Counted from the first letter of the whole stretch, positions 12,917 to 25,712 are shown. The stretch: DNA of 61,726 nt, filler included, from Basidiobolus ranarum (GCA_040143965.1; 24 parts of 24 records of this genome joined end to end with filler, not necessarily neighbours in it); one strand, 5' to 3'. A program made the numbers and translations. The notes: generated from the letters alone by a model not told the origin.

Positions 12917-13721
12917 AAGATACTTTGGCAAGAATCTTTATTGATAACTGGCATTGATCAGACTGAGGTCTGATCAAGGAATACATGGGGCTTATATAGA
13001 TATTGCAAGGTGAAACATAATATACTGTGGCAAGTTTGAGAGTTGGGGTGTTAGGGACTACAAGGACCAATACAAAGAGGTATGATGTAAGGATGATGTA
13101 AGAATGATCAGATGACCTTCCATGGAAGGTCTTGGCAGAAAAACACTATGTGTGGGATGACATGATTGGTGAGGTTTCATGGAATGTTCCAAAGAACATG
13201 ACTTCTGTATAAGGTAATCTGGATGAACTGACACCAGATTGCCAAGAAGGGATGGCACAGCAGATATGATGTCGTTATCTAATAATAGAAGAGTTCTATT
13301 TGCAGTGTATCAGCATGCCAAGATCAGAATCATGACATCAGCCAAGTGTGTGCATATATAGAGACTAAACACAACAAGATTCTGGTATTTTTTGATTCTC
13401 ATTATGGCTGGAATACAAAGCCTAAAATATCTAAATAAAGGCATGCATACTAATTGAAATTCCTATAGCAGTAAACCCAGTAATTTGCCATTTGAAGATT
13501 ATTTTTTGTGAAAATTGTTGAAAATTTAAAATGCAGGCCAAATATAAGGAGCAATATTTTACCATGTATGATGACCATCAAAATACTATCAAGAAGCCAC
13601 CATCTCACTATCAAAATCCCTGGCAGAATGCAAGCCATCAATAATGTGCTAGTCCTCTGATGGTTGTGCAATCCAGAAAGGTGGATCTGATCCGGATCAA
13701 ATTGATTTTATTTTTGTTAGG
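12917..13721 (+). mobile_element. CACTA-like element end B with decayed upstream coding relic
   Basis: Shares about 400 bp with 7755-8152 and 15497-15921; homology stops at ATTTTTGTTAGG. Confidence 0.65.
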
Positions 13722-14369
13722 GGTTTCTTACTTTTTGTTTAATTCTAGCTGAAGCGTATTGAACAAAGAGAACAGTCCTAATGAAATATGCTGTAATTTT
13801 ACTTGAGAGGAATAATTTTGTATCTTTTGCCATGTATGAAACATTTGATCCCTTAATAATTAGCCATCCTATTAAAGAATAGAATAGTCTTATTTTATTT
13901 CCAATGTAATAATATTTAGCTGACTTTGTTTAAATTTAAAAATAAATATTACACCTGGTGCTTATCATCCCCCCTAACCCTTCCATAGTTGCATGTAATA
14001 TCTTGTGACATTGAAAGTATCCTCCTGAGGCACAAACACTCTGTCACTATGAGTTAATATTCACTGTAATGTTTACATTACTCATTGATTCGTCCACTTC
14101 CACCATGTATGCAAAAATAGGTCTACTGTTTGATACTGAATCTGAATCTACGTACCAAGTATCCATTTGCGATACGATTAATCAATTTTTCCCAGATACC
14201 GCTCAATCACTTTGCTATTAACTTTTGCTCAAGTTATATAGGCTAGCCCAGGAATCATACAGTATATATTACCGTTTATCAAGGTTTCTCTTATTTTATT
14301 AGATAAGAATAAAATTGATATATGATATATTACAAAATGAACCTTATTTGTCGCTATAGATATGGAGTA

Positions 14370-15320
14370 TTAATGCTCATTCATATCATCATGATGACCA
14401 GTAATTTCCTCAATACTACGACCCTTTGTCTCTGGTAAAAAGAAGAGAACCCCAAAGAAACCGACGATACAACAACAGACAAAAATTAAAAATACATAGC
14501 CATGCATTGTGTTCTTTAACGAAGGAAAGAAGAATCCCACAATGAAATTACCTAGCCAGTTGAGACCAAGTGCACTGGAGGCAACAGTTGAGACAGCTCT
14601 AGTAGGAATAAGTTCGGAGATAATCAAAAAAGGAATTGGACCCATACCCAAGGCAAACGAGACAACAAATGCGAATAAACCGAGAATTACAAGACCAGAG
14701 TCATTACATTCAATACCAATAATCATAAGGAGATTAAAGGCCGCCATTCCAGCAAGGCTAAGGAGTATAAGGAACTTTCTTCCCACCCGATCGATTAAGA
14801 GAATAGTGACAACGGTAGCGAGTAGATTGATAGCCCCAACTCCAACGGTAAGATACTGAGCAGTTTTGTTACCATAGATAGAAGTAAATATGGAAGTAGA
14901 GTAGTACATAATGCCGTTAATACCACAAAGTTGCTGGATAATACATAGGAACATGCATAGGAAAGCGTGTTTGCGAGTTAACGAGTCTTGCGCGATGAAT
15001 CGGAAGCCATCCATCATCGAGGTTGGTTCACCTCCAGCTTTAGCCTGAGCACGGGCATCTACCATAGTTTGAAGTTCATTTGTAATATCCATTCCTTTAC
15101 GGAGTTTGAGTAAGGATTTTTCTGCATCCTCAATACGATCCTTGGAAACATAATAGCGAGGAGTCTCAGTGATGAATGATAGAGTGACTAACTGAATAAT
15201 GGCAATAGCACCAGTGAGCGCCATACATATACGCCAGCCGAAACGACTGGATAAACCGAGTCCCGTTGCTTGAGTAGCCAACTGTCCAATGACACATGTA
15301 AGTTGAGTCATAGCACCATA
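14370..15320 (-). CDS. MFS sugar porter (GLUT-like), 5'-truncated
   Basis: ETPRY, QQLCGIN, DRVGRK, GPIP and PETKGRS motifs. The N-terminal third is replaced by a tRNA fragment at 15321. Confidence 0.9.
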   Translation of the reverse strand, partial: YGAMTQLTCVIGQLATQATGLGLSSRFGWRICMALTGAIAIIQLVTLSFITETPRYYVSKDRIEDAEKSLLKLRKGMDITNELQTMVDARAQAKAGGEPTSMMDGFRFIAQDSLTRKHAFLCMFLCIIQQLCGINGIMYYSTSIFTSIYGNKTAQYLTVGVGAINLLATVVTILLIDRVGRKFLILLSLAGMAAFNLLMIIGIECNDSGLVILGLFAFVVSFALGMGPIPFLIISELIPTRAVSTVASSALGLNWLGNFIVGFFFPSLKNTMHGYVFLIFVCCCIVGFFGVLFFLPETKGRSIEEITGHHDDMNEH

Positions 15321-15363
15321 GCTGTTAATCAGGAGGTTGGTGGTTCAAGCCCACCCAGGAGCG
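15321..15363 (+). tRNA. 3' half of tRNA-Asn (GTT); 5' half absent
   Basis: CTGTTAA loop, TCAGG, variable loop AGGTT, T-arm GGTGG-TTCAAGC-CCACC, acceptor strand CAGGAGC plus G, then T-runs. No GCTCCTG 5' half upstream. Confidence 0.8.
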
Positions 15364-15496
15364 ACACCTTTTGTCAGTTTTTCATTTTGAACCGGTNNNN
15401 NNNNNNNNNNNNNNNNNNNNNNNNNNNNNNNNNNNNNNNNTTAATTAATTAANNNNNNNNNNNNNNNNNNNNNNNNNNNNNNNNNNNNNNNNNNNN

Positions 15497-15921
15497 TGCT
15501 GGTAAAACATATTGATGTTGTTGAGTTATGTCTAATCAGTCAAGTATGTGCATATGTAGAGACTAAACACAACAAGATTCTTGTATTTTTTGATTCTCAT
15601 TATGGATGGAATACAAAGCCTAAAATAGCTAAATAAAGGCATGCATATTAATTCAAATTCCTACAGCAGTAAACCCAGTAATTTGCCATTTCAAAATTAT
15701 ATTTTTGCAAAAATTGCCAGATATTGAATAATGCATGCCAAATTTGAGGGCCAAAATTTTAACATGTATGAATACCATCAAAATACCATCAAGAAACTGC
15801 CATCACACCATCAAAATCCCTGGCAGAATGCCAGCCACCAATATTGTGATGGTTCTCTGATGGTTATGCTCTTTTGGAGGGTGGATTGAATCTGGATCAA
15901 ATTGATTTTATTTTTGTTAGG
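15497..15921 (+). mobile_element. CACTA-like element end B
   Basis: Very similar to 7755-8152; ends TTTTTGTTAGG; abuts copia pol sequence. Confidence 0.7.
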
Positions 15922-17516
15922 AATAATTGAATAGTTTCATGATTGGAATATCTTATATTTACACATAAATCTCTTGGATTATATGAACATATGTATAAGC
16001 TCTAATCATCTTCTCCTGAAACCAAATAATCCCCATTTTGATCAATGATAGTACATCCTGACTTATGAAAATAGAATTTTAGTCCTTCTGAAGTGGCCTT
16101 GTATACAGATATTAAATTCTTGGCAATATCTGGAACATGTTGCACATCCTTAAAAGTATATACTTTCTCTTCAGAAGCTTGTTTTAACTTGACTTGAATT
16201 GTTCCCATTCCAATGGCATTTAATGTAAGGTCATCTCCCATGAAAGCCTTTGTTGGGATTTCTTCATGATCCACAAACCAATATTTTTCATTTGTGAAAT
16301 GTTGGGAGGCTCTAGAATAGTATATCACATCAGAGAATCCTTGTTGGTAGTCGTAGATAGAGCAGATATGAATAAGTGACTGTCTGTTGTAAACACATTT
16401 CACAATTTAGTATGTTTTTTTCTTTTGCAATTCTTTTTTAGCCATCTTTGCTTACATGGCCAGTTCTTTTTCAATAATTGCAAAATATCTGATATCTCTT
16501 ATTGTAGTGCTTTGACCTTTATAGAAAGGTTTCCCATAGCCTATTCAAGCATTTTCTGCATTCTTTTGTTTAGATCCTAATGTGCATAAATCTCATCCAG
16601 AAGTCTGTCAAACAAATAATTTAAGGTCAGATTTTTGGTTCTGGATTCTAGAGCCATTACTGGGCTCTGAGAATCTTTGGCAGGCTACTCAGGACTGCAA
16701 CTATGACACTTGATCAGTAGTAGGAACTCCAATGCATATTGTTTCATCCATTAATATAGTATTGCTACTTAGTAGTGATTTAAAGTCTTCTCCTGGTTGT
16801 TAAGTTAAAGAATTGTCTTGTTAGAAACTTCTTCTTGATGGCAAAGCATATTTGGAGCTGTCTTCCAAGGCTTTCCATGCCTTCTTAGCAGTTTTAGCTC
16901 TTGAACATTGAATTAGCAATTTGTCTTTATCATTAAGACAATTTGTGTTGTAGGCACTTTGATCTTTTTGAACCAGAGTTAAACTTTGGTTTCATATATT
17001 TTGCATTCTTTTCTTCTCCTAAAACAGTGTCCCAGAGTCATTTTTTTGCAGCATTATTTTTGTTTTGACTTTCAAACTTGGTAACTGGTTCCATCCAATT
17101 CATCAGAAGAGGAAAAAATTCTATAAATTAGAGAAGCTGACTTTACACAGAGTGCAAGCTTGGGGCTCATAACCTATCAAAGTATTTGGGAGCCTGTTAG
17201 AGGTGGTTTGGAAACATAGCAAATTTGGTGGCTTTCACTTGTTAATTTATTGAGTAAAGTTGATGTTTATAGTTTGTCAAAGTATAAGCATACAACAGTG
17301 TAGAATGTGTTAAGGAAGGTCCCTAGAACAAGTGTGCAAAGTCTGGGGCTTCTACAAGTTTGAAAAATCTACATGTTTGAGAACTTCTAAGTAATTAAAA
17401 ATATTTCAAGTAATATTTGATTGAAAATGATGGGTAATATCTTGGTGAATTATAAGATAGCTTAGTACTAAGCTATATATGACTATATAAGTGCTTTAGC
17501 AATGCTAATTTCAACA
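15922..17516 (-). mobile_element. Ty1/copia 5' LTR (type 2, 17175-17516), PBS (17162-17174) and decayed gag-protease
   Basis: LTR begins TGTTGAAATT; PBS GGTTATGAGCCCC; gag LDGTSYQ; protease-region motif GMGTIQV...DVQHVPDIAKNLISV. Confidence 0.85.
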
Positions 17517-18076
17517 GCAACATCCCCTGAATTCTCCTTTACCAATGCCAGAATTGTAGTAATAATGAATAGACTTTGGCATCTAAGTACACCATAGCTG
17601 TGAATGGTTCATTTACATTCTTTGCTTATCATATTAAAGATGAGTGGCTGAAAGCAAGACTGCTACTTATATATATAAATCAGTAGAAAGGCAGTGATCA
17701 AGAAGTGGCACTACCTGCTTGTATTCTTTCTGATATGAGCCCATTGCATTTGACTGGGCTTTATCAATGCTTGAAGTAGAAAAGCCTGCAATGGGTCAGA
17801 TAGACAACCAGTTATATCTTTGACTGTTGAAAGTCTGGTGACTTGTGGTACAAGCAGTAATTCCTAAAAGAGGAAAATATGGAGTATGGTGACTGCATCT
17901 GAACACAAAGTCTAAGGCCAATCAGTTGCTTGTATAGCTGAAATGCCAAAGTACCATACATTGACAGACTAGGTTANNNNNNNNNNNNNNNNNNNNNNNN
18001 NNNNNNNNNNNNNNNNNNNNTTAATTAATTAANNNNNNNNNNNNNNNNNNNNNNNNNNNNNNNNNNNNNNNNNNNN

Positions 18077-19679
18077 TTTGACAACCAGCATTGAGGGCTA
18101 AATAATCAGAATACGAATAAACTAACTACTAAAAAATGAGTTGCTATTTACCTAATTTCAACAATAATTCTAGGACAGAATATGTTGCTACAGATTTATA
18201 TCTGAAGCATAGAAGTTTTATTGGAAGTGTGTCTGACTCAACATCATATCAAGCTTGATTTGGAGTTAAGCCCAATGTAAAACATTTGGGGAAATTTAGA
18301 TGCATTGCTTATATTAAAATTATGACCAAAACTGTGTCAAAACTTAATCAAAAAGCAACAAATGCTTATTTCTAGATAATTATACTTTGACTAATGCCCA
18401 CAGACTCTATGATACCAAGATCTTCAAGTTAATCAAGTCCAGGGATGGTTTGCTTGATGAAAATGCAATATGTTCAATCAAAATGTCCTCAGAAGATGAT
18501 TAAGGAAATCCATTTTCTCCAGATCCAATCATTTGAGCTGATTGAAACACAAATATAAAGGAAATAGCATTCCTGTGTACCCTCCAACCAAAATTTAGCT
18601 CCCTGAAGGGCCCAATATAATATCAGGTGCTTAAGTACCTTTATCCCAAACCAGTAGATCAAATTGGATTGGAAGTATTTCTGCTTGCTATATCTATGAA
18701 TACAAAAATTGAGCCCATGCCTGGACAGCTCAAATACATGAACACTATACTGAAAGAGAGGCCCTGAATGTCCCTCACACAAAATTCAAGAGATCTACAA
18801 TGGCTGATAAGTACCAGGCTTTGATTGATTATCAAACATGAAGTTAAACTAGTTTACCTCAGGATTGAAAATAATTAACTGCTATTGTGAGTTGAAGTTA
18901 AATACAACTCTGATGGCAATATAGAGAGATACAAGGTTAAACCTGTGGCCAAAAGCTATTTGCAAGCACCAGGAATAGATAATTTAGAAGCTTTTATGTC
19001 TGTAGCAAAGCTTAATTAAGTCAGATTTTTTTAGTAATTTCAGCTAAATATACCATCAATTATAGATTAAATCAATGTTAATGCTGCATTTTTTAATAAT
19101 GAGCATGCTGAGAAGATCTATATTAGCCTTACAGAAGGACATGGGGATCCAGAAAACTCTGAAAGAGTTTGCAAACTCCAGAAAACACTCTATGGCTTGA
19201 AACAATCTCCACGAGCTTGGAATAGCAAGAGAGATGCTTTTTTAGAAACATTCAAATTCCCAAAGAGTAATGCTGACTATAGTGACTACTTGATGCCGGA
19301 TGTGATAAATGTAGTTGTAATTGCCTTATATGTAGAGTATCTTCTTATAGAAACTAATTACTTTGAGGATTTGGTTAGAACTAAGTCCAGCTTATTAGCC
19401 AAATTCAAAATGATAGATCCAGGTAAACTGATATACAACATTGGAATCAAAATTGACATATATAGAACTAGCAAAACATTGAGTTTAAGCTAGTCTCTGT
19501 ACACACTAGATATACTTAGAAAGCTTAAAAGGAAGAATACATTCTATTTCTATCCCAATGGAAACAAATCTTTACTTGACCAAAAATGGCTCAAATCAGA
19601 CATTCTTGGATTGAAACATAAGCCAGAAATTTCCTTATGAATCTATGAATGGTAGTTTGATTTAAATCATGGTTGGAAC
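18077..19679 (+). mobile_element. Copia integrase-RT relic with an LTR type 1 fragment (18077-18163, -) inserted
   Basis: DGNIERYK and KTLYGLKQSPRAWN RT motifs; many stops and frameshifts. Confidence 0.85.
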
Positions 19680-20555
19680 TGTCAAAGTATTTGGGAGCCT
19701 GTTGGAAGTGGTTTGGAGAATTAGAGGAATTGGTGGTTTTTCACTTGTTGACTTATTGAGTAGAAAGTTGACATTTATATTTTTGTCAAGATGTTAACAA
19801 ACTAATATGTAAGGTGTGTTAAGGAAGGTACTAGGAACATATGTGCTAAGCTTGAGGATTCTAGCACAAGTTTGATAATCTATTTATCTGAGAGCTTCTG
19901 AGTTGGTAAAAGTATTCTAAGTAAATTCCAAAAGAGAAGAGTGGATAACATCTCAGTGAATTATGAGATAACCAAGATCTAAGCTATAAATGAGTATATA
20001 GTTGTTTAGGCTAAACCAATTTCAACCATTACAACACTCTCACTCAACTAAATAGTCATATAAACCAATCTTAATAAAGGTCTAAACTTCTCAAATTTCT
20101 GTCTAGCTAATGGTATGGTTAATATATCAGCAATTGTATCTTCTTTAGAACAATAAATTAAGTAAATATGCTTATTGTCTATAGTCAAACAAATGAAGTG
20201 ATGCTTAATATCTATATGCTTGCTTCTATTATGAAACAAGAGATTTTTAACCAACTTTATGCAACTTTGATCATCTTGAAATATTGTAGTTAATGAGTTT
20301 TGAGAATAACCCAAATCTGTCAAGAGTTTTTGTAACCATGTTGCTTCTTTTGTTGCTTCACAGGCAGTCATATATTTAGCTTCTGTTGTTGAAAGTGCTA
20401 TGGTAGATTGTTTCTTTGAATTCCAAGAAATAGCTCCATTGCAGCAAAGAAAGAGGTAATCAGTTGTAGATCTCCTATCTTCAATATCTTTTCCTCAATT
20501 TGTATCTGAATGTCCCATCAGATCAAAGTGTGATCCAGAATATGTGTATTTTAAG
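19680..20555 (-). mobile_element. Copia RNase H, PPT and 3' LTR (type 2, 19680-20036), nested in another copia
   Basis: ALSTTEAKYM, HNRSKHIDIKHHFI and IADILT motifs; PPT TTGAGTGAGAG before TGTTG; LTR homologous to 17175-17516. Confidence 0.88.
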
Positions 20556-20713
20556 NNNNNNNNNNNNNNNNNNNNNNNNNNNNNNNNNNNNNNNNNNNNT
20601 TAATTAATTAANNNNNNNNNNNNNNNNNNNNNNNNNNNNNNNNNNNNNNNNNNNNAGAAGTTGAAGAAAAAGATGATGGTTTTGTTACTGACTCTTTGTT
20701 ATCAGAAAGCATC

Positions 20714-22250
20714 CCTAACATAAATTTGAGGATTGTTATTGTGGGAAAACTGTTGCAATTTTAATCCATTTGGGATTGAGTGTTTGCTTACTATCATAAA
20801 TCATCAAGTTAAATTTGATTTTATTCAAAGTTTTCAGTTTCAGGAGTGAAATTTCAAGATCTTGCAAAATAGTTGCACATGATTGGCTACAATATCAGAG
20901 AACTATGGATCAACACATGTGCAAAAAAAGTAACTCAAATTTTACACAATTTCCACTTGAATGCTAATTTGTCATCTTCAAAATCCCTAGTCTCTTGATA
21001 TATTCTCCTGAATATTTCATAGAGTTCTTCATACCCAAGGTTTAGCTCATTCCCAACACAAGTTTGTATCAATATCTCCATCAAAGCCCACCATTGTATT
21101 AACATTGCTTAATCAACATTCTTCCAGCTATCTGGTGGATACACTGCAATATTGTGCCACTCTGCATTAAGTTCTTCCCAGATATCTGCACAATCAACAC
21201 CAGACTGAATGTCAAGTTAAATATTCTTCTTCTCAAGCCCCTTTCTGCATACTTGCATTGTGTTTTTTCCTTCATACTTTTGAAAATACTTCTCAAGCTA
21301 TTTGACTATATTTATACATCCTTGTAGTGTGACACTACTGAGGGTGCTGTGCAGTGTTTGTGTGGCTTTTGCTTGCCTATTAGTTTAGGCCTAATTCCAA
21401 CACTTTGAAAAGTACTAGTTAAGGTTGGAGAGCTTTCAGTTTTATTTACTGGTGTTTTGGCTTGTTGAGAGGTGCCAGGTGTTGGATAAACTACCAAATT
21501 TAGCACTCTTCCAACAGGTGTACCTGGTTCCATGGTGAAATAAAGCTTTTTGCCAGTATATCTGACTCTGGAAATGCAGATCTTTGTAATGGTGTAAAGA
21601 ATTTGGTAAGTGGGACAGTAGAGCCTAAGCTCACTGGCTCCTTTGCATTTCCCTTGGGTTTACTAACTTCCTGCTTCTTCAGTACTTCCTTAGCTGCTTT
21701 TCTTTCTTTTCCAAGCTGATAATTGTATACATTTTGAGATGTTTCATGATAAGGCCTATACTAGGCTAATTGCCATTTGCATGCAAAAACCCAGGATAAG
21801 CCACATGAAATAAGTCAAGAACCTTCACAGTAGCATCTGGTTTTTGGTTTTCCACAATTGGCTTAAATCCAGGTGATTTTGGGTAAGATTCTGCACCGTT
21901 TCCAAAATGTTAAACTACTCATCAGCAGAGCCAGTGATGGCAGCTCTGACATTCAGAGTCTTTTGGTTTGCCAGCTTTCCTACAAGATTTCTGCTTTCAT
22001 GTGCCCAAGCAACTTTGTGTCATTATGTAGGCTTAATGGCCTGACTCATATTTTGCTCTGCTAGATTGTCATGGCAATGTTTATATGTATGTTGTGGGTT
22101 GATTGAAATCCCATATGAGAATGGATGGAGGGAGCAGCATGTTGCTGTAGCTCAAGTACATTATTCTGAAGGTCTTGTATCATTGTTGAGTGACTATGTA
22201 ACTGTTGACTAGTTGCTTCCAAATGCTGCTTTAATTGCAATATAAGTACC
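20714..22250 (-). mobile_element. CACTA-like ORF2 plus end A, inserted into the transposase N-terminus of another copy (20656-20713)
   Basis: Begins CCTAACA at 20714. The left flank matches the transposase sequence EVEExDDGFV.DSLL seen near 57111-57180(-). Confidence 0.75.
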
Positions 22251-23134
22251 CACCATAAAGCTGATAGTATTACCAATATGCTTGATGGATATTACTACCA
22301 GAATCTGAATAATCAAGGTTACTTTGAGAACATGTATGAACATACATTTGCTTTGGCTCTGGATGGTTTCTCACTAAACAAATATTCCATTGGAAAGGCT
22401 AGCTGGCCAATAATTATAATCAACTTAATTCTTCCTCCTTCTGAACTGTAAAAGAGTCATATTATTTTGATATTATCCACCATATCTGGATCTAAATCAC
22501 TATTGCTTATAGATAGCTTCTTGGAGCATTTGATTGAAGGAGTAGATAGGTTATCTAATGAGGTTGCGATGGGTGAATATTTTATTAAAGCTAATATCAT
22601 TGTATGTATTGGTGACACTCCTGCCATCAGTAAACTTGGTGGTTTTTGCGGGCACAATGCACTATATTGCTGTATATTTTGTGAAAATTGATGGAGTATA
22701 TTGTAGTGCGCATATGCATGACTACTATCCTAACACAACACTAAACTTCATGATTTTACTGTCAAGAGCCTGGCCACATTTCAGTATGATCATTGATATC
22801 AATTCACCAAATAGTCAATCCAACATCAAGTTTGGTAGTAGCTGTAAGCCTAAGATTATATTTCTAAAGGGGATCAGCTGTAGCCAGAGCTTCCCATTAA
22901 GCACTGTGCACTTACTATTCCACAACTTTCCAATACTACTTACTCAGCTATATAGTGGAAAATTCAATATGAATGAGCCATTTGAGATATGATCAAAGTT
23001 TGAATCAATTGGGAAAATGCTTGAAAACATCAAGAGACCATCATATTTTACCAGGACTCCCATCAATATCCACTCCTCTAAGCATTCATTCAAATGTAAA
23101 GACTGGAAGTATTGGATTCGGATATATTCCCTAA
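22251..23134 (+). pseudogene. Tnp2/Transposase_21-like (CACTA/En-Spm) transposase relic, catalytic region
   Basis: FALALDGF...SWPIIIINL.LPP, IDSFLEHL, CIGDTPAISKL.GF.GHNA...C.FC and a TVHLL motif; stops and frameshifts. Confidence 0.8.
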
Positions 23135-23256
23135 NNNNNNNNNNNNNNNNNNNNNNNNNNNNNNNNNNNNNNNNNNNNTTAATTAATTAANNNNNNNNNN
23201 NNNNNNNNNNNNNNNNNNNNNNNNNNNNNNNNNNTAAAAGATGGAGAGCCCTCCGG

Positions 23257-23751
23257 ATGGCTTCAAAGCAATATTTATGCTGTTTCGGTCGAATTGGTAA
23301 TGGCGATCTCACCACTCTGAAAAAAGAAGTCTTGAATGAGATAAACAAAGCAAATGAGGTCCCTAAACCCTCCGATCATAGCAAACATCCAGGAGACAAT
23401 ATAAAGCAGGTCGAACCTCAAAAACCAGATGACACCAAACTGGTCGAAACTGAGAAATCTGATGAATCAAAGAATGTACCTAATACCGCCGCAGAGGCTC
23501 CGCAAGAGAGCATTGCTTCCACCTCTAGTGAACCTCTCGAACAAGATACAACAGCCTATACCACCAATAGCCCTGAAGTGACAATGGTAACCGAAGCAGT
23601 AGACGTGGCAAGTAAAAATACACAAGTCGAACCTATTAGCTCTGAAGCTAATCCGCCCGTGAGCGATCCACCGAAAAGCCCAACCGTAGCCAACCCATCT
23701 GACCACTCAGTGAAAAATGAAGACAACAGTCCATCTCAAGCAGAAGTATGA
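23257..23751 (+). CDS. Low-complexity P/S/T/E-rich hypothetical protein (may be 5'-partial)
   Basis: 164-codon open frame with gene-like CpG content; no recognisable domain. Confidence 0.55.
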   Translation: MASKQYLCCFGRIGNGDLTTLKKEVLNEINKANEVPKPSDHSKHPGDNIKQVEPQKPDDTKLVETEKSDESKNVPNTAAEAPQESIASTSSEPLEQDTTAYTTNSPEVTMVTEAVDVASKNTQVEPISSEANPPVSDPPKSPTVANPSDHSVKNEDNSPSQAEV

Positions 23752-23948
23752 GGTTACGCGCACCAATGGTATATTCCAAAATATTTTATTTTAATGATAT
23801 CCAGATTCTGCTGTAGCCCTACACAGTCAAAACAGTATGATAGATCACTTGTAAATCTGATGAGTGAATACAATAGACAAGCTCCTTTCATGAAATAAAA
23901 AAAACCCTTGAATTAGTTGGGCCTTGAGGTAATAAGGCTTTAGATGGA

Positions 23949-24764
23949 TCATATATCATTCAAGTTGTATATTTCGATGTGATGCTTTCGACTGGAGGAA
24001 TTTTCTGAGTGCTTTTTGTTTCCCATTTGATAATAGCTGATTTACACATTGCCAAAAGCTATAGAATGTTATGAGAACCTGAGTGACAGGGAATTCTTAC
24101 TGGTAAGAAGACTAAGATTTACCTTTTCATTCATGAGTGCATTGGCACGTTGAGCTTGACGTTGTAAGATGGATTTTGCCTCATTGAATTTTTCAACTTG
24201 AATACAATACTCCGCATAATAAATCCAACAACTAATTTCCACATCCAAATCACCAAGCTCTTGAGCAAGAAGTATCTGTTTTCTGGCAAGCATGCCAGCT
24301 TTTGTGGCCTAAAGAGTCAAGTGAGTAGGAAGAATCAAGCCGTATTGAGTACCAATGACCACTTACGTGGATCTTATCAGTACGACCCAAAGTAGAATGA
24401 GCTCCACCTAGTACTGAGTAAAAGGTACCAACAAAATTCAGGTTTATACGTTGTGAAAGTAGAGTGAAAATACGTCGAGCCCTATTGTATATAAATGTCA
24501 GAGTAATTTACGAACGAAAGGGGGTTGGAATCCTCTATACCAATTCATGTCAACCCTCATGATAGGCTCAGCTTCTCTATACTCAATATGAAAATCTACT
24601 CTACATTCTTCGGTACAGGTGTTATTAAGAAAGAAATGTGGTGGTAGAAGTAGGCCAACCGAATAACAAAAACCCAACAATATTGTCACTGCGGATCGAG
24701 CCGAAGTGGATTTCAAGTGAGCTTTCAAAAGTTGGTAGAGTTGGTAGTTTTGAAGTCTAATCAT
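23949..24764 (-). CDS. DUF4807-like helical protein, multi-exon
   Basis: Spliced frame MNW|ARRIF..YSVLGGAHSTLG..H|ATKAGMLARKQILLAQELGD...CWIYYAE..IQ..EK|LLAMCKSA with at least three GT-AG introns. The start codon is uncertain. Confidence 0.65.
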
Positions 24765-25337
24765 GAAGCAAGTTGATTCGTTTCGTGGTATATTTCTAGA
24801 TCGGTTAGCAGAATTAAGTATTACCCAAAATTTTCGAAGATTTTGTGACGGCTCAACACATTTTAGAAAAAATGTGGTAGGAAACCTTGCGGAAAGAACT
24901 AAGAGAAACAGCACAAACACATGTTGTTTTACATAAATAATTGTTTCAAATCATATTTGTTTTAAAAGAAAAGGAAGTGGGATTTTTGAGGAAAGAATCA
25001 TAATAAGCATATAATGAAAATTGGGAAAGAATTTCACCTACGTAGCTCTGTATACTCGCGTAAAATATCAAAAGTGAATAATTTGCTGTATGTGGTGGTA
25101 AAAGTCATCTTGTGAAAGAAACTTTACTTTTCGCCTATTTTCTATACTCTGTATTATACGTGTCGAAAAGTGTGGAATTTCAGTTAAAAAATTGAAATTA
25201 CATTCTATCAAATCGATATTTTTATAAAGCTGGATTAGGATGAAATTCTGTACAAAATTCAATTTGAAATATTTCGCAATTTTGTGTAGTCTAAACTGTA
25301 AACATTCTACGCATATTTTGAAGTGTGTGACATCGAC

Positions 25338-25712
25338 ATGGGAAACCAAAGTGCCGAGAAAGATACACATGCTCAAACTGAAGAGGAAGAACTCTTACAT
25401 TCTGTTTCTGGAATTTCCTGTCCTTTGCCCAAGAGCAATTATGTCGGATCTTGTAGATCGGTAGATGAATTTGAGAAATTGAATCGAGTAGGAGAAGGAA
25501 CTTATGGAATTGTTTAGTAGGCCTTAATATTCATATACATAGTTATTTACTTTTACAACGAAGTAACCTAGCTTCTAGTCGCGTTAGAGATAAAATCACC
25601 AACGAGATTCTGGCGCTGAAAAAGATCCGCATGGATTTTGAAAATGAAGGACTGCCACTTTCAAGCCTTCGAGAGATTATGCTTCTCAAGAAACTCAACC
25701 ATAAAAACATAG
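25338..25712 (+). CDS. CDK10: Cyclin-dependent kinase, CDK10 (PISSLRE)-like, 3'-partial; intron 25517-25578
   Basis: [26 protein letters not shown]...[20 protein letters not shown]. Confidence 0.8.

Noticed and set aside
14509-14859. Antisense or alternate-frame ORFs over real genes (also 23467-23706, 33217-33492, 34355-34567, 60670-60957, 61390-61686)
   Set aside because: They are shadow frames of recognisable genes.
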